DNA of 64,000 nucleotides from Pyrinomonadaceae bacterium. Lineage in GTDB: Bacteria > Acidobacteriota > Blastocatellia > Pyrinomonadales > Pyrinomonadaceae. Both the position numbers and the translations under genes were made by a program. Below the pieces are notes generated by a model, which was not told where the DNA came from, ran no database searches, and was given only the letters and a program-made list of their open reading frames with translations. Positions 45,279 to 55,984 of this stretch are shown one piece after another. How positions within the stretch are numbered: the first letter of the stretch is position 1; each line of letters begins with the position of its first letter. The stretch covers positions 5,057 to 69,056 of the forward strand of contig JBGTBC010000338.1 in the NCBI GenBank assembly GCA_041749555.1, in the 5' to 3' direction.

Positions 45279-46457
45279 CTACTTTCCGGTCATGATCAGT
45301 TTCGCGATCGTCTGAAGCTGCATGTTTGACGTACCTTCGTAGATCGAGCCGATCTTGCTGTCTCGCCAGTATTTTTCGACCGGGTAGTCCTTAACGTAGC
45401 CGTAGCCGCCGTAGAGCTCGATCGCCTTAGATGCCACGGCTTCGGCGCATCGCGACGAATACAGCTTTGCCATGGCGGCTTCCTTCAGAAATGGTCTTCC
45501 GGCATCCTTTAATCGCGCGGCGTTATAAACGAGCAGACGAGTTGCCTCGATCTCGACGGCCATCTCAGCGAGCTGAAACTGAACAGCTTGGAAATTGTTG
45601 ATCGACTGGCCGAATTGTTCACGTTCGGCTGTATATTTCAGGGCGGCTTCGTAGGCGCCCTGAGCTATTCCAAGCATTTGTGCACCGATACCGATGCGGC
45701 CTTCGTTGAGCGTTTCGATCGAAACTTTATATCCCTTGCCGACCTCGCCGAGGACGTTCTCTTTCGGCACTCTGCATCCGTCAAGGATAAGCTCGGTCGT
45801 GCTTGATGCCCTGATTCCGAGCTTGTCTTCCTTCTTGCCGACGGAAAACCCTACAAATTGCTTTTCGACAATGAATGCCGTGATGCCACGATATCCCGCG
45901 GATGGATCGATATTGGCAAAGACAATAAAGATCTCCGCTTCATTGCCGTTCGTGATCCAGAGTTTCTGACCGTTGAGTTCGTAATGATCCCCTTTGTCGA
46001 CGGCTTTTGTCGCTAGGGCAAATGCATCTGAGCCTGAGCCAGCTTCTGATAGGGCGTACGCTCCAACGCGGCTTTCGGCCATCTGCGGCAGGTAACGTTT
46101 TTTAAGTTCGTCGCTACCCCAACGCATAAACGCATTTGTTACCAGCGTGTTATGAACGTCGACAAATACTGACACGCTCGCGTCAACACGGGCCAACTCC
46201 TCGATCGCCAGAATCGCGTTGAAGATGGTCGAGCCGGCGCCGCCGTATTCCTCGGGCGATTCGATCGCCATCAGGCCGAGATCGAAGCATTGCTTTATCA
46301 GATCCGGGTCAAGTTTTGCAGCATGTTCCATCTGCTCGACCTTGGGACGGACCTCGCCCTCTGCGAACTCCCGGACTGAGGCCCGAAAGAGGTCTTCCTC
46401 TTCTGACAAAACGGTAAGGCCTGTGTTTGATAATGCGGCTCCTGCGGCAGTGCTCAT
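45279..46457 (-). CDS. acyl-CoA dehydrogenase (short/branched-chain type)
   Basis: Contains YALSEAGSGSDAF, WITNG and a C-terminal ...YEGTSNMQ...IAK. Start taken at MSTAAGA. Confidence 0.85.
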   Translation of the reverse strand: MSTAAGAALSNTGLTVLSEEEDLFRASVREFAEGEVRPKVEQMEHAAKLDPDLIKQCFDLGLMAIESPEEYGGAGSTIFNAILAIEELARVDASVSVFVDVHNTLVTNAFMRWGSDELKKRYLPQMAESRVGAYALSEAGSGSDAFALATKAVDKGDHYELNGQKLWITNGNEAEIFIVFANIDPSAGYRGITAFIVEKQFVGFSVGKKEDKLGIRASSTTELILDGCRVPKENVLGEVGKGYKVSIETLNEGRIGIGAQMLGIAQGAYEAALKYTAEREQFGQSINNFQAVQFQLAEMAVEIEATRLLVYNAARLKDAGRPFLKEAAMAKLYSSRCAEAVASKAIELYGGYGYVKDYPVEKYWRDSKIGSIYEGTSNMQLQTIAKLIMTGK

Positions 46458-46530
46458 AATAGTTCCTTTATTGTTATTTGCGTTCCGATAAAATACCATT
46501 TTATTCAAGCCGAAGGGCAAAGGCAAAGTA

Positions 46531-47610
46531 GTGGATCCGGCACGCGTACCTCAGCAGAATTCTCAAAAAAACTTTAGCCGTTTGAAAGTCATCGCGATTG
46601 TGCTGACGATCGCGGGGCTGGCCTTGTTTGGTTATTTTGTATATGCTGTCGGGTTTCACGAGATCTCCGACGGGGTAACAAGATTTGGCATCGTCGGTTT
46701 TGCCGTGATCCTATTCATTTACCTTGCTAGAATTTGCGCACGCTCTTATGCATGGAAATTGTGCGTCTACGAACCCTACCAACTTAACTTTAGAGATACA
46801 CTACCGGCGGTTGTGATCGGCGAGGCATTAAGTAGCACTATACCGCTCGGGATCCTTGTCAGTGGGACGTCGAAGGCCGTGGCGGTCCGAAAGCGAATTC
46901 CACTCGTAGCCGGCTTTTCATCGGTTGCGACAGAGAACCTGTTTTACAGCCTTGTCACCAGTATTTTCTTGATAATCGGAGCGCTGGTCCTGCTTCGCGG
47001 ATTTGCAGTGGAAGAGGGCGTTGCTTTCACAATATACTTACTCGTTGCTGCCGTTGCGATCCTGGTCATTCTCGGGATCATCATGGTTGTGCGGCAGTGG
47101 CACTTTGCGAGCGAATTTTGCGAATGGCTTTACCAGCGGGGCTTTCTGACGCGAATTCTCAGGAGCGGCAGGTTTCAAGTCCGACTTTTTGAAAATCTCA
47201 TTTATGGCTTTTACCGGCGATATCCGAGCCGATTTCTACCTGTCTGTCTTCTCGAGTCAACTTATCATGTGCTCGGCATTGCCGAGGTGTGGTACATACT
47301 TAATCGACTGAGTGAGGTATATCCGAGCCTCTTAAGTGCGTTCTTACTTGAGTCGGTTAGCCGCTTGGTCACGATACTCTTCAAACTCATTCCATTTATG
47401 ATCGGGGTCGATGAGGCGGGTGCCCAATTCGTCGGGCAAACGGTTGGGCTTGCGGCGGGGATAGGTGTAACGATCGCGATCATTCGTAAGGGCCGCATCC
47501 TTTTCTGGACCGCCATAGGCATGGCCCTCTTGGCAAAACGGGGCCTCACGTTTCGCGAGATCACCCGGGAATCGAATGCTAAAGAGGCCAGAATATGGGA
47601 ACCAGAGTGA
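46531..47610 (+). CDS. flippase-like (LPG-synthase TM / UPF0104) membrane protein
   Basis: 359 aa with about 8 TM helices and a conserved-looking FLLESVSRLVTILFKLIPFMIGVDEAG region. GTG start. Confidence 0.6.
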   Translation: MDPARVPQQNSQKNFSRLKVIAIVLTIAGLALFGYFVYAVGFHEISDGVTRFGIVGFAVILFIYLARICARSYAWKLCVYEPYQLNFRDTLPAVVIGEALSSTIPLGILVSGTSKAVAVRKRIPLVAGFSSVATENLFYSLVTSIFLIIGALVLLRGFAVEEGVAFTIYLLVAAVAILVILGIIMVVRQWHFASEFCEWLYQRGFLTRILRSGRFQVRLFENLIYGFYRRYPSRFLPVCLLESTYHVLGIAEVWYILNRLSEVYPSLLSAFLLESVSRLVTILFKLIPFMIGVDEAGAQFVGQTVGLAAGIGVTIAIIRKGRILFWTAIGMALLAKRGLTFREITRESNAKEARIWEPE

Positions 47611-49366
47611 TCGCAACCGCAAAGACGATGATCGTAAGGACCGAACCTACCTTTACGAAGTCCATAAACCGATAGCGTCCGGGCGTGTATACAAGTACAC
47701 AAGCCGGCTCCAGGGGCGTTATGAAAGAGAATGACGCGGCTAGCGCAACAATGATCGCAAATGGTCGCGGGTTAAGCCCGAAGACGAGGGCCGTTTTGAC
47801 CGCCACGGGTAGGACCACAAGTGCGGCAGCCTGATTCGACATAGGCTGCGTGAGTAGCACAGTCAGGAGAAAAAAACCGCCAAGCACCGCTGTTGGCCCA
47901 AACTGCCCAAAATAACTCTCGATCAGGCCTGCGAGATATTTATCAGTCCCAGTGTTCTCCATCGCAACGCCAAAGCTCATCATACAAGCGATCAAAACAA
48001 GCAGCCTGAAATCGATCAGCGAGTACATTTCGGCATATCGTACGGTCTTCGTGGCAAGCATCATAAAGACGCCTGCCAGCACACAAACTGCGACCGGGAT
48101 CGCAAATCCCGTTACGACCCCTGACATTGAAAGCGCAAGGAAGAGCACAAAAGCCGCAATAGCCCACCTTTTCTTGTCGACGCGAACAGCTCTCGCCGAA
48201 ACGTCATCAAGCAGCAATATCTCACCATCGGCAACAAGCGGATCGATGTCATCTCGCGATCCCTGGACCAAAAGGACATCACCGAACCGCAATCGAACCT
48301 CGCTAAGCTTCTCAATGATCGTTTCACGGTGGCGATTTATCGCCAGGACCGTGAGATCGTATAGCTGTCGAAATTTCTGTTCCTTTAGGGTTCGTCCGAC
48401 CAAACGGGAATCTCCCATGACGAGGACTTCGTAGAGCTGTATATCGTCGTTTTCAAGTAAAATGTCGTTCAACGCAAAATCGGGCTTGATCTCGAGACCA
48501 GCCTGCTCCTTAACAGCAAGAATGTCGCTTATTTTTCCTTCCACAATTAGAAGGTCCATCATCTGGATCCGTTCATTCGATTCCGGCGAGATGATCTTTT
48601 CGTCCCCCCGAATGACCCCCAGGACGCTCAGGCCGAGCTCGGCATTCAGGTTGGCTTCTTCCAATGTCTGCCTGATCAGGCGAGAATCCGGAAGCACCAA
48701 TAGTTCGGATATATATTCGCGAATACTGTACTCATCGGTCAGCGAGTCACTTCCACCCCTTGATGGCAGCATTCTCATTCCCAGGAGCAGCATGTACAGG
48801 ATGCCGGCAGCGACGACGATAATACCTACTGGAGCGAGTTCGAACATCGAGATCGATCCGTATCCGTAACGCTGAAGTGCACCGCTTACAGCGAGATTGG
48901 TCGAGGTCCCGATCAGCGTACAACTTCCACCCAGAATGGTACCGAACGCCATCGGCATAAGTAACTTTGAAGGTGGAAGCCCTGCCTTGGCCGCGAGCCC
49001 GATCACGACCGGAAGCAGCATAGCTGCCGTGGTCGTATTATTGATGAATGCGCTGACCAACGCGGCCGAGCCCATGATCAGAGCGGTCAAAAAAAATTGA
49101 TTACTGCCGGCGATCAAGAATATTCGTCGTCCTATTTGGTCAACGAGGCCTGTCTTGATAACACCGCCTACAAGGATAAAAAGGCCGCCTATAGTTACAA
49201 TGATCTCATTGCCAAATCCCGCTACCGCGTCGTTTATTCCAAGGACACCGGTCATAACGAGCGCGACAACCAGAATGAGCCCGACGACATCGACCGGAAG
49301 CTTTTCAGTCGCAAACAAGAATATCGCGACGCAAAGAAGGATCAGAGTGATCGCAATGGGTGACAT
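47579..49366 (-). CDS. SLC13/DASS-type anion permease with two central TrkA-C (RCK_C) domains
   Basis: 595 aa. TM-rich halves flank two soluble repeats (L.V...S.L.G.TL.E...) in the arrangement typical of this permease family. Confidence 0.75.
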   Translation of the reverse strand: MSPIAITLILLCVAIFLFATEKLPVDVVGLILVVALVMTGVLGINDAVAGFGNEIIVTIGGLFILVGGVIKTGLVDQIGRRIFLIAGSNQFFLTALIMGSAALVSAFINNTTTAAMLLPVVIGLAAKAGLPPSKLLMPMAFGTILGGSCTLIGTSTNLAVSGALQRYGYGSISMFELAPVGIIVVAAGILYMLLLGMRMLPSRGGSDSLTDEYSIREYISELLVLPDSRLIRQTLEEANLNAELGLSVLGVIRGDEKIISPESNERIQMMDLLIVEGKISDILAVKEQAGLEIKPDFALNDILLENDDIQLYEVLVMGDSRLVGRTLKEQKFRQLYDLTVLAINRHRETIIEKLSEVRLRFGDVLLVQGSRDDIDPLVADGEILLLDDVSARAVRVDKKRWAIAAFVLFLALSMSGVVTGFAIPVAVCVLAGVFMMLATKTVRYAEMYSLIDFRLLVLIACMMSFGVAMENTGTDKYLAGLIESYFGQFGPTAVLGGFFLLTVLLTQPMSNQAAALVVLPVAVKTALVFGLNPRPFAIIVALAASFSFITPLEPACVLVYTPGRYRFMDFVKVGSVLTIIVFAVAITLVPIFWPL

Positions 49367-49495
49367 TGAGCGAAAGAATATCTAAAATCGTGATGAATGA
49401 AAAGTAAGTAAAAATGTGATCAAATTCCAGGGCCGCATTTGCGGCTCGGTTAGAACTCATAGATCTCCGTAATACCTGCGATCTAAATTAACAAT

Positions 49496-51031
49496 ATGTA
49501 CAAAGTATTGAGGCCGCTTGCGATAATTCTTATCCTTCCGTTGCTCTTCTATGCTCAGACCCTCGATGAGAAGTTAAAAGAGATAGACGATTACGCCAAT
49601 GTCGTGATGTCGACATGGAAAGGGCCGGGAATGGCGATCGCGATCGTTAAGGATGATAAGACAGTATTCGCAAAGGGCTATGGAGTTCGCGAACTTGGTA
49701 AGCCGGGGCCTGTTGACGAGAACACTGTTTTTGCGATCGCTTCGAATTCAAAAGCGTTTACCACAGCAGCCCTGGCAATCCTCGCTGATGAAAAAAAGAT
49801 CGCCTGGGATGACAAGGTCTCAAAATACTTACCCGATTTTCAAATGTACGATCCGTGGGTGACAAGCGAGTTGACCATCCGTGACCTTGTGACCCACCGT
49901 GTCGGGCTGGATACTTTCAGCGGCGACCTGCTTTGGTATGAAACGACCTACTCGGGCGACGAGATACTTAGCAGGCTCCGTCATTTGCCGCGAGTCTCTA
50001 GTTTTCGCACGCGTTACGGATATCAAAATCTGATGTTCATCGCGGCGGGCAAGGTCATCGAAAAAGTGTCGGGCAGATCGTGGTGCCAATTTGTTCGCGA
50101 GCGGATCCTGACGCCCCTGGGAATGAGCCGAACGACGTGCAGCGTCAAGGACTTGCCTGAGAATGCGGCCTTGCCGCATAACGAATCGGGCGGTACGCTC
50201 CGCGTCCTGCATCGCGGAAACGTGGACGGATCGTCCTCGGCCGCTGCGTTAAACTCATCGGTCACGGACCTATCGAAGTGGGTCAGAACACAGCTCGGCA
50301 AGGGAACTTACGAGGGCAAGCAGATATTTAGCGAGGCCCAGGCTTGGCAGATGCATCAGCCGTATCTGGCACAGCAGATCTCGGCCGCCGCGGCACGAAG
50401 TAATCCGACGCGGCATTTCAGCGGCGTGGCGATGGGGTGGTTTGTCTACGATTATCATGGCCGGAAGATCATCAATCACAGCGGTGGGCTGGACGGAATG
50501 CTCTCATATACCGTGCTTATACCGGAAGAAAATGTTGGTTTCGTTGTTCTAACTAATAGCGAGTCGCCTGGTTTCGCGATAATGATGAACAAGATACGCG
50601 ATGTATTTGTAGCGGCCCCAAAACGCTACTACAACGAGGAGGCTAAAGCCCAGATCGCTGGAAATAAAGCGCGGGAGGCTGATGAACGAGCCAAGGCCGA
50701 TTCCGCTCGTGTCGTCAATACAAAGCCGACACTGCCGACTTCAGCCTATGCCGGCACCTATTCGAGCCAGATGTATGGCGACGTTGTTGTCGCAGAAGAG
50801 AATGGACGGCTGGTCATGCGGTTCACGCCGTCTCCAAATTTTGTTGCAGATCTGGAGCATTGGCACTACGATACTTTCCAGATTCGATGGCGGCCCTCGG
50901 TCGCTTATAATTTCCCGCGCGGCTTCGTAACGTTTACGATCGATAAGAACGGTAAGACCGATCAGCTAAAGATCGATCAGCCGAACAATGATTTTTGGTT
51001 TTATGAACTTGACCTGCGGAGGACCAGGTAA
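49496..51031 (+). CDS. exported serine hydrolase of the class C beta-lactamase/transpeptidase family with a C-terminal beta-rich domain
   Basis: Contains the FAIASNSKAFT (SxxK) motif and a signal peptide. The C-terminal ~100 aa (YAGTYSSQMYGDVVV...) resembles DUF3471. Confidence 0.8.
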   Translation: MYKVLRPLAIILILPLLFYAQTLDEKLKEIDDYANVVMSTWKGPGMAIAIVKDDKTVFAKGYGVRELGKPGPVDENTVFAIASNSKAFTTAALAILADEKKIAWDDKVSKYLPDFQMYDPWVTSELTIRDLVTHRVGLDTFSGDLLWYETTYSGDEILSRLRHLPRVSSFRTRYGYQNLMFIAAGKVIEKVSGRSWCQFVRERILTPLGMSRTTCSVKDLPENAALPHNESGGTLRVLHRGNVDGSSSAAALNSSVTDLSKWVRTQLGKGTYEGKQIFSEAQAWQMHQPYLAQQISAAAARSNPTRHFSGVAMGWFVYDYHGRKIINHSGGLDGMLSYTVLIPEENVGFVVLTNSESPGFAIMMNKIRDVFVAAPKRYYNEEAKAQIAGNKAREADERAKADSARVVNTKPTLPTSAYAGTYSSQMYGDVVVAEENGRLVMRFTPSPNFVADLEHWHYDTFQIRWRPSVAYNFPRGFVTFTIDKNGKTDQLKIDQPNNDFWFYELDLRRTR

Positions 51032-51135
51032 AGCGGTTAAAAGATTCGACAAAATCACGTGATATATGTAAGAATTCTTATTCTATTCGCAATATGGTTT
51101 AGAAGCTATTCCAAGTCAGGAGCTATTAGTCTTAA

Positions 51136-51345
51136 ATGTCAGAAGAAGCAGTACAGGCCGCTGAGGCCCCGGAACAACCGGCAGAGGCGCCGGTAAATCC
51201 GGATGAGGTTTCATATCAGGCCGTCGAAAAAGAAGGAACGGTAACGGCGATCTGGGAAATGCAGGGGCAGAAACACCTCCGCACAATTGACCCGCGTTCC
51301 AACGAAGGCAAGCAGATCCTCGCACTTTTCGAAACAGCAGGTTAA
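51136..51345 (+). CDS. small acidic hypothetical protein
   Basis: 69-aa ORF with an ATG start. No family recognised. Confidence 0.4.
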   Translation: MSEEAVQAAEAPEQPAEAPVNPDEVSYQAVEKEGTVTAIWEMQGQKHLRTIDPRSNEGKQILALFETAG

Positions 51346-51436
51346 TGGATCGCCGGCATCCTGCCGGCTCTTTCAGTGATCAGAAACGCGAAGCACACAC
51401 GCAAACATCGTGGGTCTTCGTGTTTTTTTCGTGTCT

Positions 51437-52240
51437 TCAGGCGGGTGGCCATAAGGCCGTGAGCGGATGCCCGAAATGTTCAAGTTTCGTGTTTTCGAAA
51501 TCAGCCACTTCAACGATTCCCATTCCCGCTGACGTTAAGAAAATCGCATCCGCCGCATGCAGATCTCCGATCCCGGCCTCGACCTCACGACATTCCAGGT
51601 TTTCCAACACATATTCGCGTGTCGTACCGGGCAAGCAGCCGGCTTTAAGGCTGGGCGTGAAGACTTCGTCGCCCTTCAGCCAGAAAACATTGACCATGCA
51701 CCCGCCTGTTACCTGGTCGCGCTCATTGAGCCTGATGGCTTCGTCATATCCGCGCCCTTTTGCTTCGTCGATCGCCATCACATTTTCGAGGTAATTGCAG
51801 GATTTAATTCCGGCAAGCGGTGAGACCGAGTTGACCGGAAAGGGTGAGCAGGAAAGCCGGAGACCTTGCGGCACTGGCCTGATCTCACCGGTCAATATAG
51901 CCAGGGCCGATCTCTGATCAGTTTTAACTGGCCACCGAGTGCTCGATCGCAAATCATAAAAGGTGAGACGGGCCCGGCCATCTATAAGCTCATTTACCGA
52001 AATCAAGTCGCGAAGGGCCTTCTCGGTCGACTGCTCTGAATGTTCTGAAATATCAATGCCCAGCCGGTCTGCCGACCTTTCCAGACGCGACCAGTGTTTT
52101 TCCCATAGCAGTGGCTTGCTGTCATTGATGGCCACCGTCGTGAAGATCCCTTTTCCATATAGCAAGGACGAAGAAAGCGGTAGTGAAACTGGGTCTGAAC
52201 CGGACAGAGTCTGTCCATTAAAATAGAAATGGCGTTCCAT
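51437..52240 (-). CDS. class IV aminotransferase-fold protein (aminodeoxychorismate lyase / branched-chain aminotransferase-like)
   Basis: Contains GKGIFTT, ...KSCNYLENV and ...LPGTTRE..., as expected for fold-type IV PLP enzymes. Confidence 0.7.
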   Translation of the reverse strand: MERHFYFNGQTLSGSDPVSLPLSSSLLYGKGIFTTVAINDSKPLLWEKHWSRLERSADRLGIDISEHSEQSTEKALRDLISVNELIDGRARLTFYDLRSSTRWPVKTDQRSALAILTGEIRPVPQGLRLSCSPFPVNSVSPLAGIKSCNYLENVMAIDEAKGRGYDEAIRLNERDQVTGGCMVNVFWLKGDEVFTPSLKAGCLPGTTREYVLENLECREVEAGIGDLHAADAIFLTSAGMGIVEVADFENTKLEHFGHPLTALWPPA

Positions 52241-52297
52241 TGCTTGATTATTGCTTATTTTTGAGATGGCGCGGCATTTATGGGATAGAATTTTAGC

Positions 52298-52945
52298 GTG
52301 CCTGTCCGATTAAAATTGCTGGTCGTTTTCTTGACTTTGATCTTATCAGGTTGTCTGCGAGACCAGTCGCCGGGAGTCTCCTCGACTGATTTCGTTGAGA
52401 AACCTGCGATCGAGGAGATCGCTTCCGAGCCGATCCGGCAGGTTCTGGCTAACGCACAAGAGCAGCTCAGTCTAACGATGAATTACACGCAGGACTATTT
52501 CTCGATTCCATACCCGAACGGAGATCCTCCGATAGAAACAGGTGCATGCACGGATGTGATAATTCGCGGGTTTCGCTCCGCCGGTGTCGACTTGCAAAAA
52601 GAAGTGCATGAGGACATCAAGGCAAATTTCGCATCATACCCGAACAAGTGGGGACTTCAACGTCCGGACACGAATATCGACCACCGGAGGGTGCCTAATC
52701 TCCAGACTTTCTTCACACGAAAAAGAAAATCACTCCCGATATCGTCGAAGGCGGAAGATTACAAACCCGGAGACGTCGTTAGTTGGGACCTGGATGGCAA
52801 AGGCATGACGCATATCGGGATCGTCTCGCACTTATGGAACGAGCGATCGAAACGCTACCTCATCATCCATAATATCGGCGGCGGTGCCAGGGCAGAGGAC
52901 AGACTGTTCGATTGGAAGATCACGGGGCACTATCGATATTTTTAG
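52298..52945 (+). CDS. DUF1287 lipoprotein
   Basis: The lipobox LILSGC is followed by YPNGDPPIETGACTDVIIRGFRSAGVDLQ...IDHRRVPNL..FF...PGDVVSWDL....HIGIV, the characteristic DUF1287 core. Confidence 0.75.
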   Translation: MPVRLKLLVVFLTLILSGCLRDQSPGVSSTDFVEKPAIEEIASEPIRQVLANAQEQLSLTMNYTQDYFSIPYPNGDPPIETGACTDVIIRGFRSAGVDLQKEVHEDIKANFASYPNKWGLQRPDTNIDHRRVPNLQTFFTRKRKSLPISSKAEDYKPGDVVSWDLDGKGMTHIGIVSHLWNERSKRYLIIHNIGGGARAEDRLFDWKITGHYRYF

Positions 52946-53943
52946 ACTTGAACCCGAACTTCGTCGCCTTCGCGATCTTCGATTCGCCCCTTTATATCGC
53001 GGCAAAATTCCGTTACCAGCTCAGTAAATATCTCGCTTTTTTCTTCCTGAGGCACGTGTCCGCAATCTTTGAGAACGACAAAGCGTGAATTCAGGATTGC
53101 GTCGTGCAGCTTGTACCCGTTCTTTATGGGGATGACGTTATCCTCTTCGCCCCAAATGATCAGCGTTGGGTGGTTGATGAGGTGGGCGTCCTGCTCGATA
53201 CGGTCGGCGGACCAGTTTCGGGAGGTTGCAAGCAGGCTGCGATGGCCGTCTGCCGCCTTCAGCGGGCGGCGGATAGAATCGATCCTCTCCTTAGTGATCA
53301 TGTGATGATTCGCCTTAGCCAGCGTGCCGTGCATTCGATATCGCAGGAACAGCTTCGAATCCATCAGGAACGGTGTGATCACCTCACCGATACCTGGGAT
53401 CGCCGCTAATTTGAGTATCGGGTGGTTCTTGACCTCATCGTTTATGACCGAATCGACAAGGATGAGTTTCTCCACACGCTCGGGATAGTCGAGGGCAATG
53501 GTTGCGGCGACGGCTCCACCGTACGAGCTTCCCCCTATCGTAGCCTTGCCGATGCCCAGCCGGTCCATAAATCTCGAGACCATCCGGGCCTGAGACTGGA
53601 TCGAATAATCAAACCAGACCGGTTTTGCCGAATAGCCAAATCCCAAAAGGTCGATGGCTATTACATGAAAACCGGCCTCGGCCAGTATCGGTGCCGCGGT
53701 CTTCCAAACGTAGACAGACGCCGTATAGCCGTGGATAAGGATGATCGTAGGATTGGAAGCATCACCAAATTCCTGATAATGGACCCGAGCTCCGTCCACC
53801 GTAATAAAATGTGAACGCTCGGAATGTGGAACGACGTCAACGACGTCCTCCCAATCTACGCTCGCCGCCCGGGTGAGGAGTTTGATCGCGACCGCTGCTC
53901 CCACCGCACCGCCAAATGCCAATGCCAGATCTCGTTTCTTCAT
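52942..53943 (-). CDS. alpha/beta-fold hydrolase
   Basis: Contains ILIHGYTAS and the GGSSYGG nucleophile elbow, with C-terminal ...DCGHVPQEE. Confidence 0.8.
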   Translation of the reverse strand: MKKRDLALAFGGAVGAAVAIKLLTRAASVDWEDVVDVVPHSERSHFITVDGARVHYQEFGDASNPTIILIHGYTASVYVWKTAAPILAEAGFHVIAIDLLGFGYSAKPVWFDYSIQSQARMVSRFMDRLGIGKATIGGSSYGGAVAATIALDYPERVEKLILVDSVINDEVKNHPILKLAAIPGIGEVITPFLMDSKLFLRYRMHGTLAKANHHMITKERIDSIRRPLKAADGHRSLLATSRNWSADRIEQDAHLINHPTLIIWGEEDNVIPIKNGYKLHDAILNSRFVVLKDCGHVPQEEKSEIFTELVTEFCRDIKGRIEDREGDEVRVQV

Positions 53944-53964
53944 AAACTTCTCTCCGCAGTCATT

Positions 53965-54858
53965 TTATATCAAAACAACCTTGGGCCTTATAGAATTTTT
54001 GCTCGCGTCGTAAACGCCGATCGCTATGAGATTTCCCGATTCATCCTGCATTCGAATTTGTTCGCCATTCGCAAATGTCGTTTGATCGATGCGGGTCGAT
54101 AATCCGCTCCGCGTCTTGTCGATCCGGTCGCCCGGTATGACGAATTGCGGCAGACGCGAAACAGCAACTTCCATAGGAAAGAGTGCGGATCGGGGATCCT
54201 CAAGTTCACTCAATTGTTCCAGCCTAAGTGCTTGTGAAATCCTGAATTTTCCCGCTCGCGTTCGCCTGAGTTCCGATAAGTGCGCGTCTATCCCGGCCGC
54301 TCGCCCGATGTCCTCAGCCAGCGTGCGGATATAAGTGCCCGCCGAACATACGACACGTATCCTGATCTCATTCTTACTTGTTTTCAGCAGTTCAATATCC
54401 GAGATATTAATTCTGAGGGGCTTTCGCTCGACCGTTTCTCCACGGCGGGCGTGTTCGTAGAGTTTTTTTCCGTCTATCTTTTTTGCGGAATACATCGGCG
54501 GCGTTTGTTCAGACTCGCCGAGAAAAGACACAAGAATTGCTTTCCATTCGGCGCCGCGAACCCTTTCAATTATTTCTGATTCAGGTGCAAAGGGGGCCGG
54601 TTTCGGATCGCCCGTTCGGTCGCCGGTATCCGTTTCAAAGCCAAACCTGATCACAGCCTCATATTCTTTTTCATCCTTGTCGAGAAATTGCGCGAGCCGC
54701 GTCGCCTGGCCGACCAGGATCACCATCAAACCTGTTGCAAACGGGTCGAGTGTTCCGGTGTGGCCGACCCGTTTTGTTTTCAGGATCCGCCGCACCCGAG
54801 ACACCACGTCATGGGACGTGACGCCGTCGGGTTTGTCGATAATAAGGATTCCGTTCAT
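53965..54858 (-). CDS. truB: tRNA pseudouridine(55) synthase
   Basis: Contains GILIIDKPDGVTSHDVV..VRR......VGHTGTLDPFATGL and ...PPMYSA.K..GK.LYE.AR.G. Confidence 0.9.
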   Translation of the reverse strand: MNGILIIDKPDGVTSHDVVSRVRRILKTKRVGHTGTLDPFATGLMVILVGQATRLAQFLDKDEKEYEAVIRFGFETDTGDRTGDPKPAPFAPESEIIERVRGAEWKAILVSFLGESEQTPPMYSAKKIDGKKLYEHARRGETVERKPLRINISDIELLKTSKNEIRIRVVCSAGTYIRTLAEDIGRAAGIDAHLSELRRTRAGKFRISQALRLEQLSELEDPRSALFPMEVAVSRLPQFVIPGDRIDKTRSGLSTRIDQTTFANGEQIRMQDESGNLIAIGVYDASKNSIRPKVVLI

Positions 54859-54937
54859 TGCCCACCATGCATTACCTTAGCTTTTACCCGCGCCGATTAA
54901 CAATCCGTGAGGATTTTCGCTGTATAATTTGAACCTA

Positions 54938-55495
54938 ATGTTCCAACGGGCCGCAAAAAGTAATGGATCCGACCGGGTGCGGGAAATAAAAGACCGTGAA
55001 CGGTCGCGCGAACGAACGATGAACCGCGCTATACGGCTCCTTGCCGCAAAACCGCGTTCGGTCCGTGAGCTTCGAGACAGGCTCCTTGAAAAAATGTGGA
55101 CCGATGAGGCGATAGTCGATGCCGTGATCGAAAAGCTAACGGAATATAAATACCTCGATGACGAGCAGTTTGCCCGCGACGTTGCAGTTTCAAAACTCCG
55201 TCAGAGCCCGCAAGGCAAGCGGCGGTTGCAGATGACAATGTCCCGTAAGAAGCTGGATAAAGAAACGGTCGACGCAGCGATAGCAACGGCCTATAACGAG
55301 ATGCCGGAAGATGATCTTATCGATATTGCGATCCAAAAACGGCTGCGGACGAAAGGCAAACCGGAAACCCGCGAGGATGCTAAGAAATTTTATGACCATC
55401 TGCTGCGTCGCGGATTCGGGTATGACTTGATCCGAACAAAAATGAGCGGTCTCGCCACCGGAGCATATGACCCGAGTGAAGAAGATCAACTATAA
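54938..55495 (+). CDS. recX: recombination regulator RecX
   Basis: Contains A.RLLA..PRSV.ELR.RL and three helical repeats (YLDDEQFA...). The start is uncertain: TTG at 54929 or ATG at 54938 or 55019. Confidence 0.7.
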   Translation: MFQRAAKSNGSDRVREIKDRERSRERTMNRAIRLLAAKPRSVRELRDRLLEKMWTDEAIVDAVIEKLTEYKYLDDEQFARDVAVSKLRQSPQGKRRLQMTMSRKKLDKETVDAAIATAYNEMPEDDLIDIAIQKRLRTKGKPETREDAKKFYDHLLRRGFGYDLIRTKMSGLATGAYDPSEEDQL

Positions 55496-55514
55496 CGGGC
55501 GGGTTTTTCGTCCG

Positions 55515-55829
55515 ATGAAAACATCCGCCACCGGCGAGGCAGATCCCGACACTGTGTTCCGCTATTTCCAGGACGGTGATATCGTGTGGGCTGACTATAG
55601 CGGCGGAGCGGTGAAAGCAGGCCACCTGATCGCGACCGTCGATGCTGAAGGCAACCTCGACATGCGGTACCACCACTTCAACTCATCTGGCGAGCTAATG
55701 ACAGGCATATGCCGTTCCACGCCCGAGGTCTTGGCCGACGGCCGGTTGCTTATGCATGAAAAGTGGCAATGGACCTCCGGTGACATGTCGACAGGCGAAT
55801 CACAGCTCGAAGAGATCTTACCAGCATAG
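55515..55829 (+). CDS. small conserved hypothetical protein (lipocalin-like beta-barrel pattern)
   Basis: Contains TVFRYFQDGDIVWADYSGGAVKAGHLIATVDAEGNLDMRYHHFN...WQWTSGDMSTGESQLEE. I have seen this family annotated only as hypothetical. Start taken at MKTSATG. Confidence 0.55.
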   Translation: MKTSATGEADPDTVFRYFQDGDIVWADYSGGAVKAGHLIATVDAEGNLDMRYHHFNSSGELMTGICRSTPEVLADGRLLMHEKWQWTSGDMSTGESQLEEILPA

Positions 55830-55984
55830 CCCTTCGCATCCATTCATTGGTCATTTGTTCCCGCGAATCTCCCTCAGGCATTTATTCTCTAAAAATTCTG
55901 AATCCGATCATCACCTCCCGGCGAAATGCTTACCAAAGGGAAAACAAACCTTTCATAAAAACAAGGAATAAGGGAGAAATAAAA

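Noticed and set aside
44534-45295. A 253-aa plus-strand ORF.
   Set aside because: It is antisense to the GNAT acetyltransferase gene (which has a clear acetyl-CoA motif) and overlaps the ends of both neighbours.
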